Notes: generated by a model from the sequence alone, not told the origin. DNA of 64,000 nt from Patescibacteria group bacterium (GCA_039934415.1 JBDTME010000001.1:201417-265416); one strand, 5' to 3'. Positions 47,342 through 56,930 are shown, counted from the first letter of the stretch. Made by a program: numbers and translations.

Positions 47342-47529
47342 GAATTAATGATGACAGCTCTAACCTCAGAGATCAAGACCTTTGTGTGAAGACTGGCTTG
47401 TTTCTTGAGTTGCCAGTTCTGTATCAGGATCCCCACCAAAAACGTGGTGATGATAAAAACGATTACCCACAAAACAATCAAACCAGAGTTGTTGCTGAGT
47501 ACTTTTAATACAGATTTCGCTCTATTCAT
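47338..47529 (-). CDS. Small 1-TM membrane protein (63 aa)
   Basis: Single TM helix LIVLWVIVFIITTFLVGILI. 13 nt downstream of the FemAB-family gene. Confidence 0.3.
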   Translation of the reverse strand: MNRAKSVLKVLSNNSGLIVLWVIVFIITTFLVGILIQNWQLKKQASLHTKVLISEVRAVIINS

Positions 47530-47542
47530 AAAGTTTTCTCAA

Positions 47543-48592
47543 CTATTTAGAGTTAGGTATCATGCGTCGAATCGCTGCTTTTGTTCTCAATACTTTCCAT
47601 CGAAATGTATCTGCGATGTTATAAATCCGGTACATCGACGGATTGATCACTAAATCATATGTACCCAAGAATTCAGATAAGTCCCCACCATATCCTTGCT
47701 TAAATCGATGAAACCCAAACCAAGGATCCTTCGGATCAGGATCAGGACCCAACGCTCCCCACATGTCAAAAGTTTGAAGATCGAGCGATTTACCCAACCG
47801 GATCATCTCCCACATCATCAAATTACTAGCCATGACATCACGATTCTCTGATCTAGAAGAACCATATGGGTAATACAACGTGTCATGAAATACAAATATG
47901 ATCCATGAAGTGAGTACTTTTCCTTCATATTTAGCCTCAAAAATCCGTAACATGTCACTTTTACCTAGTGATTTCCACATCTCTTTGAAGTAAGAAGGAG
48001 TGTGAGCATAGAACCCCTGTCTTTTGGTCGTCTCTGCCAAAATTTCGAGATGTGCTTCCATACCTGCTTCAGTAGTGTTCTCAACAATCTCCACACCCTT
48101 CTTTTGAGCCAAGTGAACGTTATAACGTGTCTTTGTCTTTAATTTTGCCATCAACTCTTCTTCAGTACCTTTTAACGGCAACAAAAAAGTATAGCGAGTA
48201 AATAATGCTTTCCCAGGGACACAACCTTCTTTCTTTAAAAATGCTTGAATCGAATCAAACGCTGAGATCCGATCGAGAGACTGACAAACGTTTGGCTCAA
48301 GTTTAATTGTTATGGCCTTATTCTGTTCAGCAAGTTGACGAAGAGCTGAAATTTGATCGTCATCCGGCATCACGCCTTTTGGGAAATATCCTATTGTACT
48401 TGAGGTGTATGGCAATTTATGAAAGAAGACTTGAATCGCTTTTTTGAGTTTGTTTCCTTCAAAAAAACCAACACGCTCTACAGTCGCTCCCTCTTTTTCT
48501 TTGAAATCTCCCCACTCCCAGGACTGCAAAGGATGGGTCACCACCGAGTTAAAAAGATCTTTTTCGTTGTCTAGAATAGGTCTAAGAATCAT
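47543..48592 (-). CDS. FemAB/FemX/MurM family peptidoglycan-branch aminoacyltransferase (GNAT fold)
   Basis: Typical size (349 aa) and the C-terminal ...MWGALGPDPDPKDPWFGFHRFKQGYGG... (FK-G-GG motif of the Fem family). Confidence 0.7.
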   Translation of the reverse strand: MILRPILDNEKDLFNSVVTHPLQSWEWGDFKEKEGATVERVGFFEGNKLKKAIQVFFHKLPYTSSTIGYFPKGVMPDDDQISALRQLAEQNKAITIKLEPNVCQSLDRISAFDSIQAFLKKEGCVPGKALFTRYTFLLPLKGTEEELMAKLKTKTRYNVHLAQKKGVEIVENTTEAGMEAHLEILAETTKRQGFYAHTPSYFKEMWKSLGKSDMLRIFEAKYEGKVLTSWIIFVFHDTLYYPYGSSRSENRDVMASNLMMWEMIRLGKSLDLQTFDMWGALGPDPDPKDPWFGFHRFKQGYGGDLSEFLGTYDLVINPSMYRIYNIADTFRWKVLRTKAAIRRMIPNSK

Positions 48593-48607
48593 GAGGTAAG
48601 TATAACA

Positions 48608-49150
48608 CTACTTCACTTTATCAGCGTAGGTTTTATAAAGCTTTTGAATTTTAGGGTCGATCACTAATTTACAGTATCCTTGAGCACGATTCGAGTTGTA
48701 GTAATTCTCATGATACTTCTCCGCACTATAAAATTCGGTCAAAGGAGTGAGTTCAGTCACGACTGGATCAGGATATGCATGAGCAGCATCAACTTTCTTG
48801 ATTGCAGCCTCTGCTATTTTTTTCTGTTCCTCATTTGCATAGAATATTGCTGAACGATACTGCGTGCCAACATCAGCACCTTGACGATTCAAAGTTGTGG
48901 GATCATGCAAGTGAAAAAAAACATCAAGCAACTCATCGTAAGAAATGACACTCGGATCAAAGGTAATTTGCACAGACTCAGCATGTCCTGAATCTCCCAT
49001 TGAGACATCATCATAAGTTGGGTCTTTGACAGTACCTCCTGTATATCCAGGGTGAACTGACTCAACCCCTTTCAATCGCTGGAAGACCGCTTCAGTACAC
49101 CAAAAGCATCCACCAGATAAAGTTGCAATTTCAAGAGTTGTGTTTGGCAT
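48608..49150 (-). CDS. msrA: Peptide methionine-S-sulfoxide reductase MsrA
   Basis: Active-site [17 protein letters not shown] and the remainder of the MsrA fold. Confidence 0.9.
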   Translation of the reverse strand: MPNTTLEIATLSGGCFWCTEAVFQRLKGVESVHPGYTGGTVKDPTYDDVSMGDSGHAESVQITFDPSVISYDELLDVFFHLHDPTTLNRQGADVGTQYRSAIFYANEEQKKIAEAAIKKVDAAHAYPDPVVTELTPLTEFYSAEKYHENYYNSNRAQGYCKLVIDPKIQKLYKTYADKVK

Positions 49151-49153
49151 AGG

Positions 49154-49942
49154 TTAAAAACTCAGTGATCCTCTCAACAAGAAAAAAAGAAGAAAAAGCA
49201 CGCCCAATCCTATCCTGTAGTATCCAAAACTAGCAAAACCACGTTTTTCAACAACCAGTACAAACAGTTTCACAGCAAACCAAGCAGTGATAAAAGAAAT
49301 GATACTCCCAATTACTAATAGCATGATTTCATAACTGGAAAAAGAGATGGGAGTTTTTAATAAGTCTAAAGCGGTAGCAGCACACATAGTAGGGACAGCA
49401 AGCAAAAAGGAAAACTCCATTGCGCTTTTTTTGGAAAGCCCGCGCGACATGCCTCCCAAAATAGTTGCTGCTGCGCGTGAAACTCCCGGGATTACTGAAA
49501 TACTTTGGAAGACTCCAATCAGGAATGCATTTTTATATGAAATGTTTTCAAGTTTAGTCTCTTCTTCTGAATGAAGATGTTTCTGTTTATCCACAATAAC
49601 AAGCACAAGACCACCTAAAATCAGTGAAACAGACACCACAATTGGATTAAAGAGAAACGTTTTGATGATTTTATAGAGTAAAAATCCAATTACTGCAGTT
49701 GGAATAAAAGCCACAAACAGTTTTTTATAGAGCTCAATACTCTTCCAAAATCTTTTGGCATATAGGGCCACAATCGCTAGAATCGCTCCAAGTTGAATAA
49801 AGATTTCAAATGTCTTTACAAACTCCTGATTCGAAATCTGTAAAATCGATGAAGCCAAAATCATGTGACCAGTTGAAGAAATTGGCAGGAATTCCGTTAC
49901 GCCCTCAATCAAACTGAGAATAGTAGCATCAAAGAAATTCAT
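49154..49942 (-). CDS. uppP: Undecaprenyl-diphosphate phosphatase UppP (BacA)
   Basis: ...PISSTGHMILA... and ...IPGVSRAAATILGGM..., the BacA signature motifs. 8 TM helices. Confidence 0.85.
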   Translation of the reverse strand: MNFFDATILSLIEGVTEFLPISSTGHMILASSILQISNQEFVKTFEIFIQLGAILAIVALYAKRFWKSIELYKKLFVAFIPTAVIGFLLYKIIKTFLFNPIVVSVSLILGGLVLVIVDKQKHLHSEEETKLENISYKNAFLIGVFQSISVIPGVSRAAATILGGMSRGLSKKSAMEFSFLLAVPTMCAATALDLLKTPISFSSYEIMLLVIGSIISFITAWFAVKLFVLVVEKRGFASFGYYRIGLGVLFLLFFLLRGSLSF

Positions 49943-49966
49943 AGTCGGTCCTACTTTTAAGTAGAT

Positions 49967-50395
49967 TTATTTCTCAAGTAACTCTTTTAATTTCACCAAC
50001 ACCATGTCCCAATTTCCTTGTGATTCTTTTTGTGCTTCTTCTGTCGCGTTATGATCGTTAGAAATGGACAGAGTTGTTTGATCACCATCCGAATGCAACT
50101 CGTACGTTACTTTTTTATAATTTTCTGGCGTGTCTTCTTCTCCGGACATACTACTCCAATATGTCGAAACGAGTAACTTTTCAGGCACTATCTCTAAAAT
50201 CACACCTTTATCCTCGTATTTATGACCTTTCCACTCACCCTTGTACGTTATTGAACTACCAACCTGCCAATCAGAAACAACTTCAGTTCCAAATAAATAC
50301 TCTTTAATCATCTCAGGATCAGTCAACGCAGCCCAAACTCTTGAAACAGGAGCTTTGATCGTTACTGTACTTTTGGAAATGAGGTTGTTGGTCAT
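49967..50395 (-). CDS. SRPBCC (AHSA1/START-like) domain protein
   Basis: 142 aa with a Bet v1-like pattern (...VTIKAPVSRVWAALTDPEMIKEYLFG...). Confidence 0.5.
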   Translation of the reverse strand: MTNNLISKSTVTIKAPVSRVWAALTDPEMIKEYLFGTEVVSDWQVGSSITYKGEWKGHKYEDKGVILEIVPEKLLVSTYWSSMSGEEDTPENYKKVTYELHSDGDQTTLSISNDHNATEEAQKESQGNWDMVLVKLKELLEK

Positions 50396-50447
50396 AGTAC
50401 TATTCTCCCTTGAAAATCATTCATTTGTAAGTAGGTCTAGTTCTGTG

Positions 50448-50518
50448 CTGCCGGACTAGGATTCGAACCTAGGAAAACGGATTCAGAGTCCGTTGTGATA
50501 CCACTTCACCATCCGGCA
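50448..50518 (-). tRNA. tRNA-Gln (anticodon CUG)
   Basis: Folded manually from the reverse complement. Acceptor UGCCGGA/UCCGGCA with a U1:A72 pair and G73 discriminator (Gln identity elements), U8, D-stem GUGA/UCAC, anticodon stem ACGGA/UCCGU with loop CUCUGAA (anticodon CUG), T-arm CUAGG-UUCGAAU-CCUAG. No encoded CCA. Confidence 0.75.
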
Positions 50519-50607
50519 AATGCGGGTCTATTGTACCAAACCCAGGCTACAAAAAACACCAATACTTGCTGGTTAGAGCGCATATTGGTGTTTTAAATGC
50601 TTTAAAA

Positions 50608-50841
50608 TTAAGCAGCCATGTCTTGAGAATCATCTGATTCTGCACCGGCTCGTTTAACGTTGATTGCGTTCAAACCTTTTTGGGTTTGTTCACTCTCAAA
50701 AGTGACCTGGTCACCTTCTCGAAGTTCTTCATAAGTAACGCCCACGAGGGATTTACTATGAAAGAACAAGTCTTTACCTAATTCTTCGGAAACGATAAAA
50801 CCGTATCCTTTGTCTGTTAATTTTTTGATTGTACCTGTCAT
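50608..50841 (-). CDS. cspA: Cold-shock protein (CspA family)
   Basis: MTGTIKKLTDKGYGFIVSEELGKDLFFHSKSL... carries RNP1/RNP2-type motifs of the cold-shock domain. SD AAAGG lies 9 nt upstream. Confidence 0.85.
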   Translation of the reverse strand: MTGTIKKLTDKGYGFIVSEELGKDLFFHSKSLVGVTYEELREGDQVTFESEQTQKGLNAINVKRAGAESDDSQDMAA

Positions 50842-51043
50842 TGTAATGACCTTTCAATAAGTATGTTTATAAGAAACAAAATTTTTTAAATAATAAGTGT
50901 ACCTACCCTTCATCTACATTTTGTTAGACTTAACATTATAACAGGTTTCAGGGGATAAAGGGGGTGGGTTTGCAATCGCGACTCGCTGTTCACGATTGAT
51001 TCATGTACTATGGATACGTATATTGAGAGCTTTTCACCTTCTT

Positions 51044-51301
51044 ATGGCCTATTTTGTCTACCTACTCAAATGTGCTGACCAAACTCTTTATGCTGGTTCA
51101 ACCACACATCTCATAAAAAGACTGCATGCCCATAACCACCTCAAGAGTGGTGCTCATTATACCAAGATACGAAGACCAGTTTCCCTCGTATATTCAGAAC
51201 AAGTTGAGACCTATCACGACGCTAGATCTCGAGAAGCTGAGTTGAAAAGGATGTCCCGAGCACAAAAAGAGAAGCTCGTGAAAACACAATTTACTGCTTA
51301 A
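51044..51301 (+). CDS. GIY-YIG domain protein (YhbQ/UPF0213-like)
   Basis: ...YFVYLLKCADQTLYAGSTTHLIKRLHAHN...GAHYTKIRRPVSLVYSEQVETYHDARSREAELKRMSRAQK.... The ORF track starts at TTG 50996, but ATG 51044 fits the family N-terminus better. Confidence 0.65.
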   Translation: MAYFVYLLKCADQTLYAGSTTHLIKRLHAHNHLKSGAHYTKIRRPVSLVYSEQVETYHDARSREAELKRMSRAQKEKLVKTQFTA

Positions 51302-51764
51302 CTGTGGTTGTTGCACTTGGCGTTGCATTCGCACCCATTCTGAACATTGGGTTCAGCTGAATACTTTGAGCAGTGACACTCCCATCAGAATTCTGAGCAC
51401 CAAATACTCCAACTTGCTCTCCTGCTTTCAAGTCTGACTTTGTTGCGTCTGCGGCTTTGTTAATTGTTGTGGAATCTGAGAGCAATACAATCTTTGTACT
51501 TCCATCAATCAATTTGACTGTGATGCTTTTTTCATCAGCACTAATAATCTCACCGTTGACCGGTCGAATGTTTTGGACAGGTCGACCTTGACCACCTCTA
51601 TTCCCTAGGCTACCTGGTGCTCCTCCAAATCGACCAGCAAACTGAGCAGTTTTCTTTTGTTGATACTTCGTACCTCCAAAAAAAGCTCCCGCGCCAACTA
51701 CAATTACAATGAGCGCCAAAGCAATTGGGGACACTGACATATTTTTCATATCTTTCATACACAT
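51291..51764 (-). CDS. Membrane-anchored Gly-rich hypothetical protein (157 aa)
   Basis: N-terminal TM/signal anchor (PIALALIVIVVGAGAFFGG), a Gly-rich linker (GGAPGSLGNRGGQGRP), then a beta-rich domain. It is the last gene of the TCS-efflux operon. Confidence 0.35.
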   Translation of the reverse strand: MCMKDMKNMSVSPIALALIVIVVGAGAFFGGTKYQQKKTAQFAGRFGGAPGSLGNRGGQGRPVQNIRPVNGEIISADEKSITVKLIDGSTKIVLLSDSTTINKAADATKSDLKAGEQVGVFGAQNSDGSVTAQSIQLNPMFRMGANATPSATTTVKQ

Positions 51765-51817
51765 TACTCCTGCTAATTTCTACATAGTATATAAAGAAAG
51801 CCTGAATCTAAACTGAA

Positions 51818-53041
51818 TTATTCGAAACGCAACGCCTCAATTGGTTGCAAGCTAGCAGCTTTTTGAGCGGGATACCATCCGAATAAAATTCCGATACCGC
51901 CTGATACTCCGATCGCTAATACGATTGATGTCAGATCTACGACAAATGCAATGTTTAAAAAGTAGGTAACCAAAAAAGTTATCGCGATACCCAACAGCAA
52001 ACCAACTACACCACCTAGTGAAGTAAGCAAAACAGCCTCAATTAAAAATTGAGTAATAATAATTCTTTTCTTCGCCCCTAATGCTTTCCTCAGACCAATC
52101 TCACGAGTTCTTTCAGTCACTGTAACTAACATAATATTCATAATGCCAATTCCACCTACCAACAACGAAATGGCCGCGATACCACCCAGTAGAGCTGTGA
52201 AAGTACCAGTCACTTGTGACACTGTATTCAAAATGTCGTTTTGCGAAAAAATAACAAAATCCGCCTCGGCTGGGTCAGATAATTTATGCCTGGCTAATAA
52301 CAAAAAGCCAATTTGATCTTGAGCTTCAACCATGACTTGTTCGCTTTTGGCTTCGGCTGCAATTGTACTAAGATAATTCACTCCAAAAATTTGTTTTTGA
52401 ACTGTAGAGAGTGGAACATAAATCGCATCATCAGGATTATTAAAACCTGAACCACCTTTTGAAACAGTCACACCAATTACCCTTAAAGTTTGAGTATTTA
52501 TCCGAATACTTTGACCGATAGGATCATTGCCTTCACCAAATAAATCAGTCGCGGTCTGTGGACCAATCACAGCAACTTTAGTTAATGAACTCACATCCGT
52601 GTCAGAGATGAAAGCACCAGATGCAATCTCAATTTTGTGGACTGCTTGATACGCTGAAGTCACGCCATTGATTTGAGTGTTCGTGTTATTTCGACCTGCA
52701 ATCACTTGAGACCTTCGAGAAAATTCTGGAGAAACATTCAAGATACTCGTAACAGTTGAAGAAGTCTGAATTGCTTTGGCATCTTCCAAAGTGAGCGTGG
52801 TGCCTCCTCCAATCGATCCGCGTACAGCACCATTACTTTGACCACCAGGAGTAATCGTCAACAAGTTCGCACCCAGAGATTGAATCTGATTTTGAACTGA
52901 TTTTTGACTTCCCTGCCCTAAGGCTAATAATGCGATCACACTTCCAATACCAATGACGATGCCCAAAACCGCCAAACCAGTTCTCAGTTTGTTAATCGTG
53001 AGCGTGTTGATAGCTTCAAAAAATAGTTCTAAAAATTCCAT
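51818..53041 (-). CDS. ABC transporter permease, FtsX/MacB family
   Basis: N-terminal TM helix, a roughly 220 aa MacB-like periplasmic domain, then a C-terminal FtsX four-TM bundle (...LVTVTERTREIGLRKALGAKKRIIITQF...). Confidence 0.8.
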   Translation of the reverse strand: MEFLELFFEAINTLTINKLRTGLAVLGIVIGIGSVIALLALGQGSQKSVQNQIQSLGANLLTITPGGQSNGAVRGSIGGGTTLTLEDAKAIQTSSTVTSILNVSPEFSRRSQVIAGRNNTNTQINGVTSAYQAVHKIEIASGAFISDTDVSSLTKVAVIGPQTATDLFGEGNDPIGQSIRINTQTLRVIGVTVSKGGSGFNNPDDAIYVPLSTVQKQIFGVNYLSTIAAEAKSEQVMVEAQDQIGFLLLARHKLSDPAEADFVIFSQNDILNTVSQVTGTFTALLGGIAAISLLVGGIGIMNIMLVTVTERTREIGLRKALGAKKRIIITQFLIEAVLLTSLGGVVGLLLGIAITFLVTYFLNIAFVVDLTSIVLAIGVSGGIGILFGWYPAQKAASLQPIEALRFE

Positions 53042-53055
53042 ATGCTTTTTCGCGT

Positions 53056-53781
53056 TTAATTATCTGCTTTTTCAGGATCTAGCCGATACTCAACTTTTAC
53101 TTGTTTTTTATTTTTTTGATCTTGAACAATTTTCCCGTCACGCACATGAATAATTCGTTTTGCATGTTCTGCAATATCCGGTTCGTGAGTGATCATAATA
53201 ATAGTGTGACCTTGATCATTTAAGTGTTGAAAGATGCCCATAATCTCGTCTGCCTGTGCTGTTGCAATATTCCCGGTTGGTTCATCAGCCAATAAAATTG
53301 CTGGACTCATAGCTAAACCACGTGCAATCGCCACCCGTTGTTGCTGACCTCCCGAAAGTTGTCCTGAAGTGTGATACATCCGATGCTCTAACCCAACCAT
53401 TGTGAGAAATTTTTTAGCACGAGCTTCACGTTCCGATTTTGAAATCCCTGCATACATCATTGGCAACATGACGTTCTTTAAAGCAGTTGTCCGTGGCAAC
53501 AAGTTGAAGGCTTGAAAAATAAATCCAATTTTACGATTTCGAATGTCAGCAAGTTCGTCGTCAGTTAACTTTGATACATTCTCACCATCTAATACATACT
53601 CACCAGTACTTGGTAAATCGAGCGCACCTAAGATATGCATCAGCGTAGACTTACCAGAACCAGAAGGTCCCATAATTGCCACAAACTCACCTTTTTTTAT
53701 CTCGAATGAAACATCAGCTAAAGCTACAGTTTCAAGTAAATCTGTTTTATACACTTTCGATAAATGTGAAGCTTTAATCAT
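53056..53781 (-). CDS. ABC transporter ATP-binding protein (MacB/LolD-like)
   Basis: Walker A GPSGSGKSTLMHILGALD, signature LSGGQQQRVAIARGL and Walker B ILLADEPTG. Preferred start is MIKASHLSKVY at 53781. The ORF track extends it to 53934. Confidence 0.85.
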   Translation of the reverse strand: MIKASHLSKVYKTDLLETVALADVSFEIKKGEFVAIMGPSGSGKSTLMHILGALDLPSTGEYVLDGENVSKLTDDELADIRNRKIGFIFQAFNLLPRTTALKNVMLPMMYAGISKSEREARAKKFLTMVGLEHRMYHTSGQLSGGQQQRVAIARGLAMSPAILLADEPTGNIATAQADEIMGIFQHLNDQGHTIIMITHEPDIAEHAKRIIHVRDGKIVQDQKNKKQVKVEYRLDPEKADN

Positions 53782-53794
53782 ATGAAGTTTAAAC

Positions 53795-55069
53795 TCATCG
53801 AGCGATCCTGACTGCATTTCCACTGCTGGATCCACCTCGACTGCCACCCAAAGTACTAAATACTGATCGAGTTTGAGTACCGGAAGTTTGAGCTGTTGGT
53901 GAAACGGCGCTAGTAACAACCACTTCACCCTCATTAATACCAGAAACCACTTCAGTCTGAGTATCAGAACTCAAACCTAATACAACATTTTTTGACTCAA
54001 CTTGACCATTGTTCATGACTCGTACCGTAGATTGACCATTGGTTGTTTGCACAGAACTCAGTGGTATCAACACAACGTCATCTTTTACCTGAGTAATAAT
54101 GCTCGCTGTGGCAGCCATATTAGAAAAAAGACCTTCAACATTCGTATCCAATTTAACAGTCACTGGATACGTTGTAACACCGGAACTCACTGCACCAACG
54201 GTGTCTACGCTAATCACTTTTCCTGTAAAAGTTTTATCTGGGAAAGTATCAAATGTGATCGTTGCTTTATCTTCGATGTGGACTTTTGAAACATCAATTT
54301 CAGTAAGATCAATACTGATCGTAGGAGCTGCATCAGTAATAATGCTAGCAACTTTCGTACCCGATGTACCAGTTGAAGAACTGCTTCCAGAGTCAATGAC
54401 TGTGCCTTGTTGCAAAGAAAGACCAGAGATCTTGCCGGAAATTGGCGAACTAATCGTCGGTGAACTGGCTTGGTAAGATAACCAAGCGCTACTGAGAGAG
54501 TTTTGAGCTTGATTGATCGCATTTTGCTGATTTTTATACAGTACTTCCGAAGCCAACCAATCAGCATCTTGTTGAATATAGGAAGGATCTTCTGGTGCCA
54601 AAGAACGCGCAACCGCATCATTAATAAATTTCTGATTAGCAGCAAACATCTTGCTCTGGAGTGAGTACAGGTTAGCTTTTGCAGACTCCACCGAACTTTT
54701 GGCACTCTGATACGATGAAAGTGCTTGTGCTGCTTTTTGCTTGCCAAGTTGGTCTAACTCGATACTGGCTATAGCTTGCCCAATCTTGACAGTATCGCCA
54801 TCTTTTACGAACAATTTTTTTACAACACCAGTTGCATCTGTCTCAACCGAACGAGCATTTGTGCTCGCTACAGTTCCTGATGCAGTGATTGAAATAATCA
54901 GACTACCTTTTTGGGCCTGTTCAGTTTGATACTCTGTTTGCTGGGCTTGTTTGGGCCCTAACACCAAGTACGCACCATAACAGATTCCAACCACCAAGAG
55001 AATCAAAAGCATTTTGATAAACCATGATTGGTGCATCAACCATTGCTCTATTGAAAATAGAAATTTCAT
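53795..55069 (-). CDS. HlyD/MacA-like periplasmic adaptor (membrane fusion protein)
   Basis: N-terminal TM anchor, coiled-coil hairpin region, then lipoyl/beta-barrel segments (...VKKLFVKDGDTVKIGQAIASIE...). C-terminal Gly/Ser tail. Confidence 0.7.
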   Translation of the reverse strand: MKFLFSIEQWLMHQSWFIKMLLILLVVGICYGAYLVLGPKQAQQTEYQTEQAQKGSLIISITASGTVASTNARSVETDATGVVKKLFVKDGDTVKIGQAIASIELDQLGKQKAAQALSSYQSAKSSVESAKANLYSLQSKMFAANQKFINDAVARSLAPEDPSYIQQDADWLASEVLYKNQQNAINQAQNSLSSAWLSYQASSPTISSPISGKISGLSLQQGTVIDSGSSSSTGTSGTKVASIITDAAPTISIDLTEIDVSKVHIEDKATITFDTFPDKTFTGKVISVDTVGAVSSGVTTYPVTVKLDTNVEGLFSNMAATASIITQVKDDVVLIPLSSVQTTNGQSTVRVMNNGQVESKNVVLGLSSDTQTEVVSGINEGEVVVTSAVSPTAQTSGTQTRSVFSTLGGSRGGSSSGNAVRIAR

Positions 55070-55118
55070 AAGATCCTCATTTTAGAGAAAAATACTGAAT
55101 AAGAGCTGAAGTGACATG

Positions 55119-56147
55119 TTAATTTTTCACGGGTATTTCAACTAAAAACGCGGTACCCTTTTGTACCTGGCTCTTTACTTTTAGACTGCCCCGATGGATT
55201 TGCACAATTTTCTTGGCGATTGCCAAGCCAAGCCCATACCCATTTTCAGCTGTCTTGGATCGGGCCGAATCAGCTCGATAAAAACGATCAAAAATATGCG
55301 GGAGATCTTTTTTATCAATCCCCATTCCTTGATCCACTACCTTAATAATGGCATGGCTATCTTTTCTGACAAGAGATATTGTGATATTTCCACCATTCTT
55401 AGAGTACTTAATTGCGTTATCTAATAAGATCATCATCAGATCAATCAAACTAAATTTATACCCTGCAACGTTTAATTTCATCAACTCAAGATCGACTTTC
55501 ACTTTCTTTTTGCGAGCCAAGGGTTGTAGTGTTTGCACTACCTCTCTAATCAGATGATCTAAAGAGATTTTCTCCATTCTTGCGTGACCATTTGGTGTCT
55601 GGTATTGAGCTAATTGAAGGAGATGCTCAGATAAAGACTGAAGTTTGTTCACTTCTTGAATACTTTCAGTAATGAGCTGTTTAGCATCTGGTAAAGTAGA
55701 ATTTTTGTCGCGAGAAAAGACCTCAAAAGCAGTTTTGAGTGAGGTCAGTGGAGTTTTCAACTCATGAGAAGCATCAGAAATAAAACGATGCTGTTCTTGA
55801 ACCATCAGCTGTATAGGTCGCAAGGTCTTTCCAGCCAGTAAGTAGGCAAGTCCGCTGGAGATACACCAAATAGTCACATTAATGACAACCAAAATTAATA
55901 GAAGCCGATCTTTAATTTCTTTTACTAACTCAGGATTCTCGATAGGTACTCTTGTTAACGAAGTACCATCAGGCGTTGTAACAGCCCCTTGAAACACTCG
56001 TTTCTCTATTCGCGTTTGTTGTAGACGTGCAAATCGATCAACTTCTTGCGTCATTAGTCGAAAAATAACGGTACTAAAACAGACACTCACAAACATGAGT
56101 ATCAGCATGTACCACATCGTCAATTTTAATCGTGTATTCTGAAACAT
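55119..56147 (-). CDS. Sensor histidine kinase (HisKA + HATPase_c), two-TM sensor
   Basis: H-box ...HELKTPLTSLKTAFEVF..., N/G boxes ...DNAIKYSKNGGNITISL..., ...DQGMGIDKKDLPHIFDRFYRAD..., ...GYGLGLAIAKKIVQIHRGSL... Confidence 0.85.
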   Translation of the reverse strand: MFQNTRLKLTMWYMLILMFVSVCFSTVIFRLMTQEVDRFARLQQTRIEKRVFQGAVTTPDGTSLTRVPIENPELVKEIKDRLLLILVVINVTIWCISSGLAYLLAGKTLRPIQLMVQEQHRFISDASHELKTPLTSLKTAFEVFSRDKNSTLPDAKQLITESIQEVNKLQSLSEHLLQLAQYQTPNGHARMEKISLDHLIREVVQTLQPLARKKKVKVDLELMKLNVAGYKFSLIDLMMILLDNAIKYSKNGGNITISLVRKDSHAIIKVVDQGMGIDKKDLPHIFDRFYRADSARSKTAENGYGLGLAIAKKIVQIHRGSLKVKSQVQKGTAFLVEIPVKN

Positions 56148-56160
56148 ACTAAAATTCTAT

Positions 56161-56835
56161 CTACTCCCCCAGTCGGTACCCAAATCCCCTAATGGTTTGT
56201 ATCAATGGTACTTTGTCTTTAAATGGATCATCAATCTTTTTTCGTAGATTACGAATGTATACTTCAACAGTGTTTGGCAAAATATCTGCGTCGTAGTCCC
56301 ACACATGTTGAATAATTTGATCTTTTGTCAAAATCTTGCCTTCATTTCTCATCAGATACTCAGTAAGCGCAAACTCTTTGCTAGATAACGAAAGTTGTTG
56401 TTCTGCTCGCTTTACGATATAGGTATTTGTATCTAAACTCAACTCTCCCACTGTTAATATAGTGGCTAAAGAATGTTTGGGTCTTCTCGAAAGCGCTCGA
56501 ATTCGAGCAAGTAATTCTTCAAACGAGAATGGTTTTGTCAGGTAATCATCTGCGCCGGCATTTAAACCTGAAACTTTATCCTGAATTTGACTTTTTGCAG
56601 TCAACATCAAGATCGGCGTGTTTATCTTCTTTTCACGCAATTTTTGACAAATCTCTACACCACTGATCTCGGGTAACATGAGATCCAAAACGATTACATC
56701 GTAAGCTTCAGTAGATGCCAAAGAGAAACCTTCTGAACCATCAAATGAAATATCAACCGCATATTTTTCCAGTTCCAGGCCTTTTTTAAGGGTTCGGGCA
56801 ATTCGCTGTTCGTCTTCCACAATTAAAATTCTCAT
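56161..56835 (-). CDS. OmpR-family response regulator
   Basis: Receiver MRILIVEDEQRIARTLKKGLE...VIVLDLMLPEISG...ILMLTAK... plus a winged-helix output domain (...VEVYIRNLRKKID...GFGYRL). Start at ATG 56835 with GGAGGAAGG and TATAAT upstream. The ORF track extends it to 56910. Confidence 0.85.
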   Translation of the reverse strand: MRILIVEDEQRIARTLKKGLELEKYAVDISFDGSEGFSLASTEAYDVIVLDLMLPEISGVEICQKLREKKINTPILMLTAKSQIQDKVSGLNAGADDYLTKPFSFEELLARIRALSRRPKHSLATILTVGELSLDTNTYIVKRAEQQLSLSSKEFALTEYLMRNEGKILTKDQIIQHVWDYDADILPNTVEVYIRNLRKKIDDPFKDKVPLIQTIRGFGYRLGE

Positions 56836-56930
56836 GGCCTCATTATACCTTCCTCCCTGAAATCCTGCTGAAAAAGATGAGGTAGTAAGAGAGAGTTCAC
56901 CAACTCCCAATGGCTCAGTAGAATGAATGG

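Noticed and set aside
50950-50975. G-rich stretch GGGGATAAAGGGGGTGGG as a possible G-quadruplex
   Set aside because: It has only three G-runs and lies in the cspA/GIY-YIG intergenic promoter region. That is insufficient for a canonical G4.
53782-53934. N-terminal extensions of the ABC ATPase (to 53934), the response regulator (to 56910) and DUF2207 (to 61228) from the ORF track
   Set aside because: The extensions overlap upstream genes and lack family-typical N-termini. Internal ATGs with SD or family-consistent starts (MIKASHLSKVY, MRILIVEDE, MTSFKK) are preferred.
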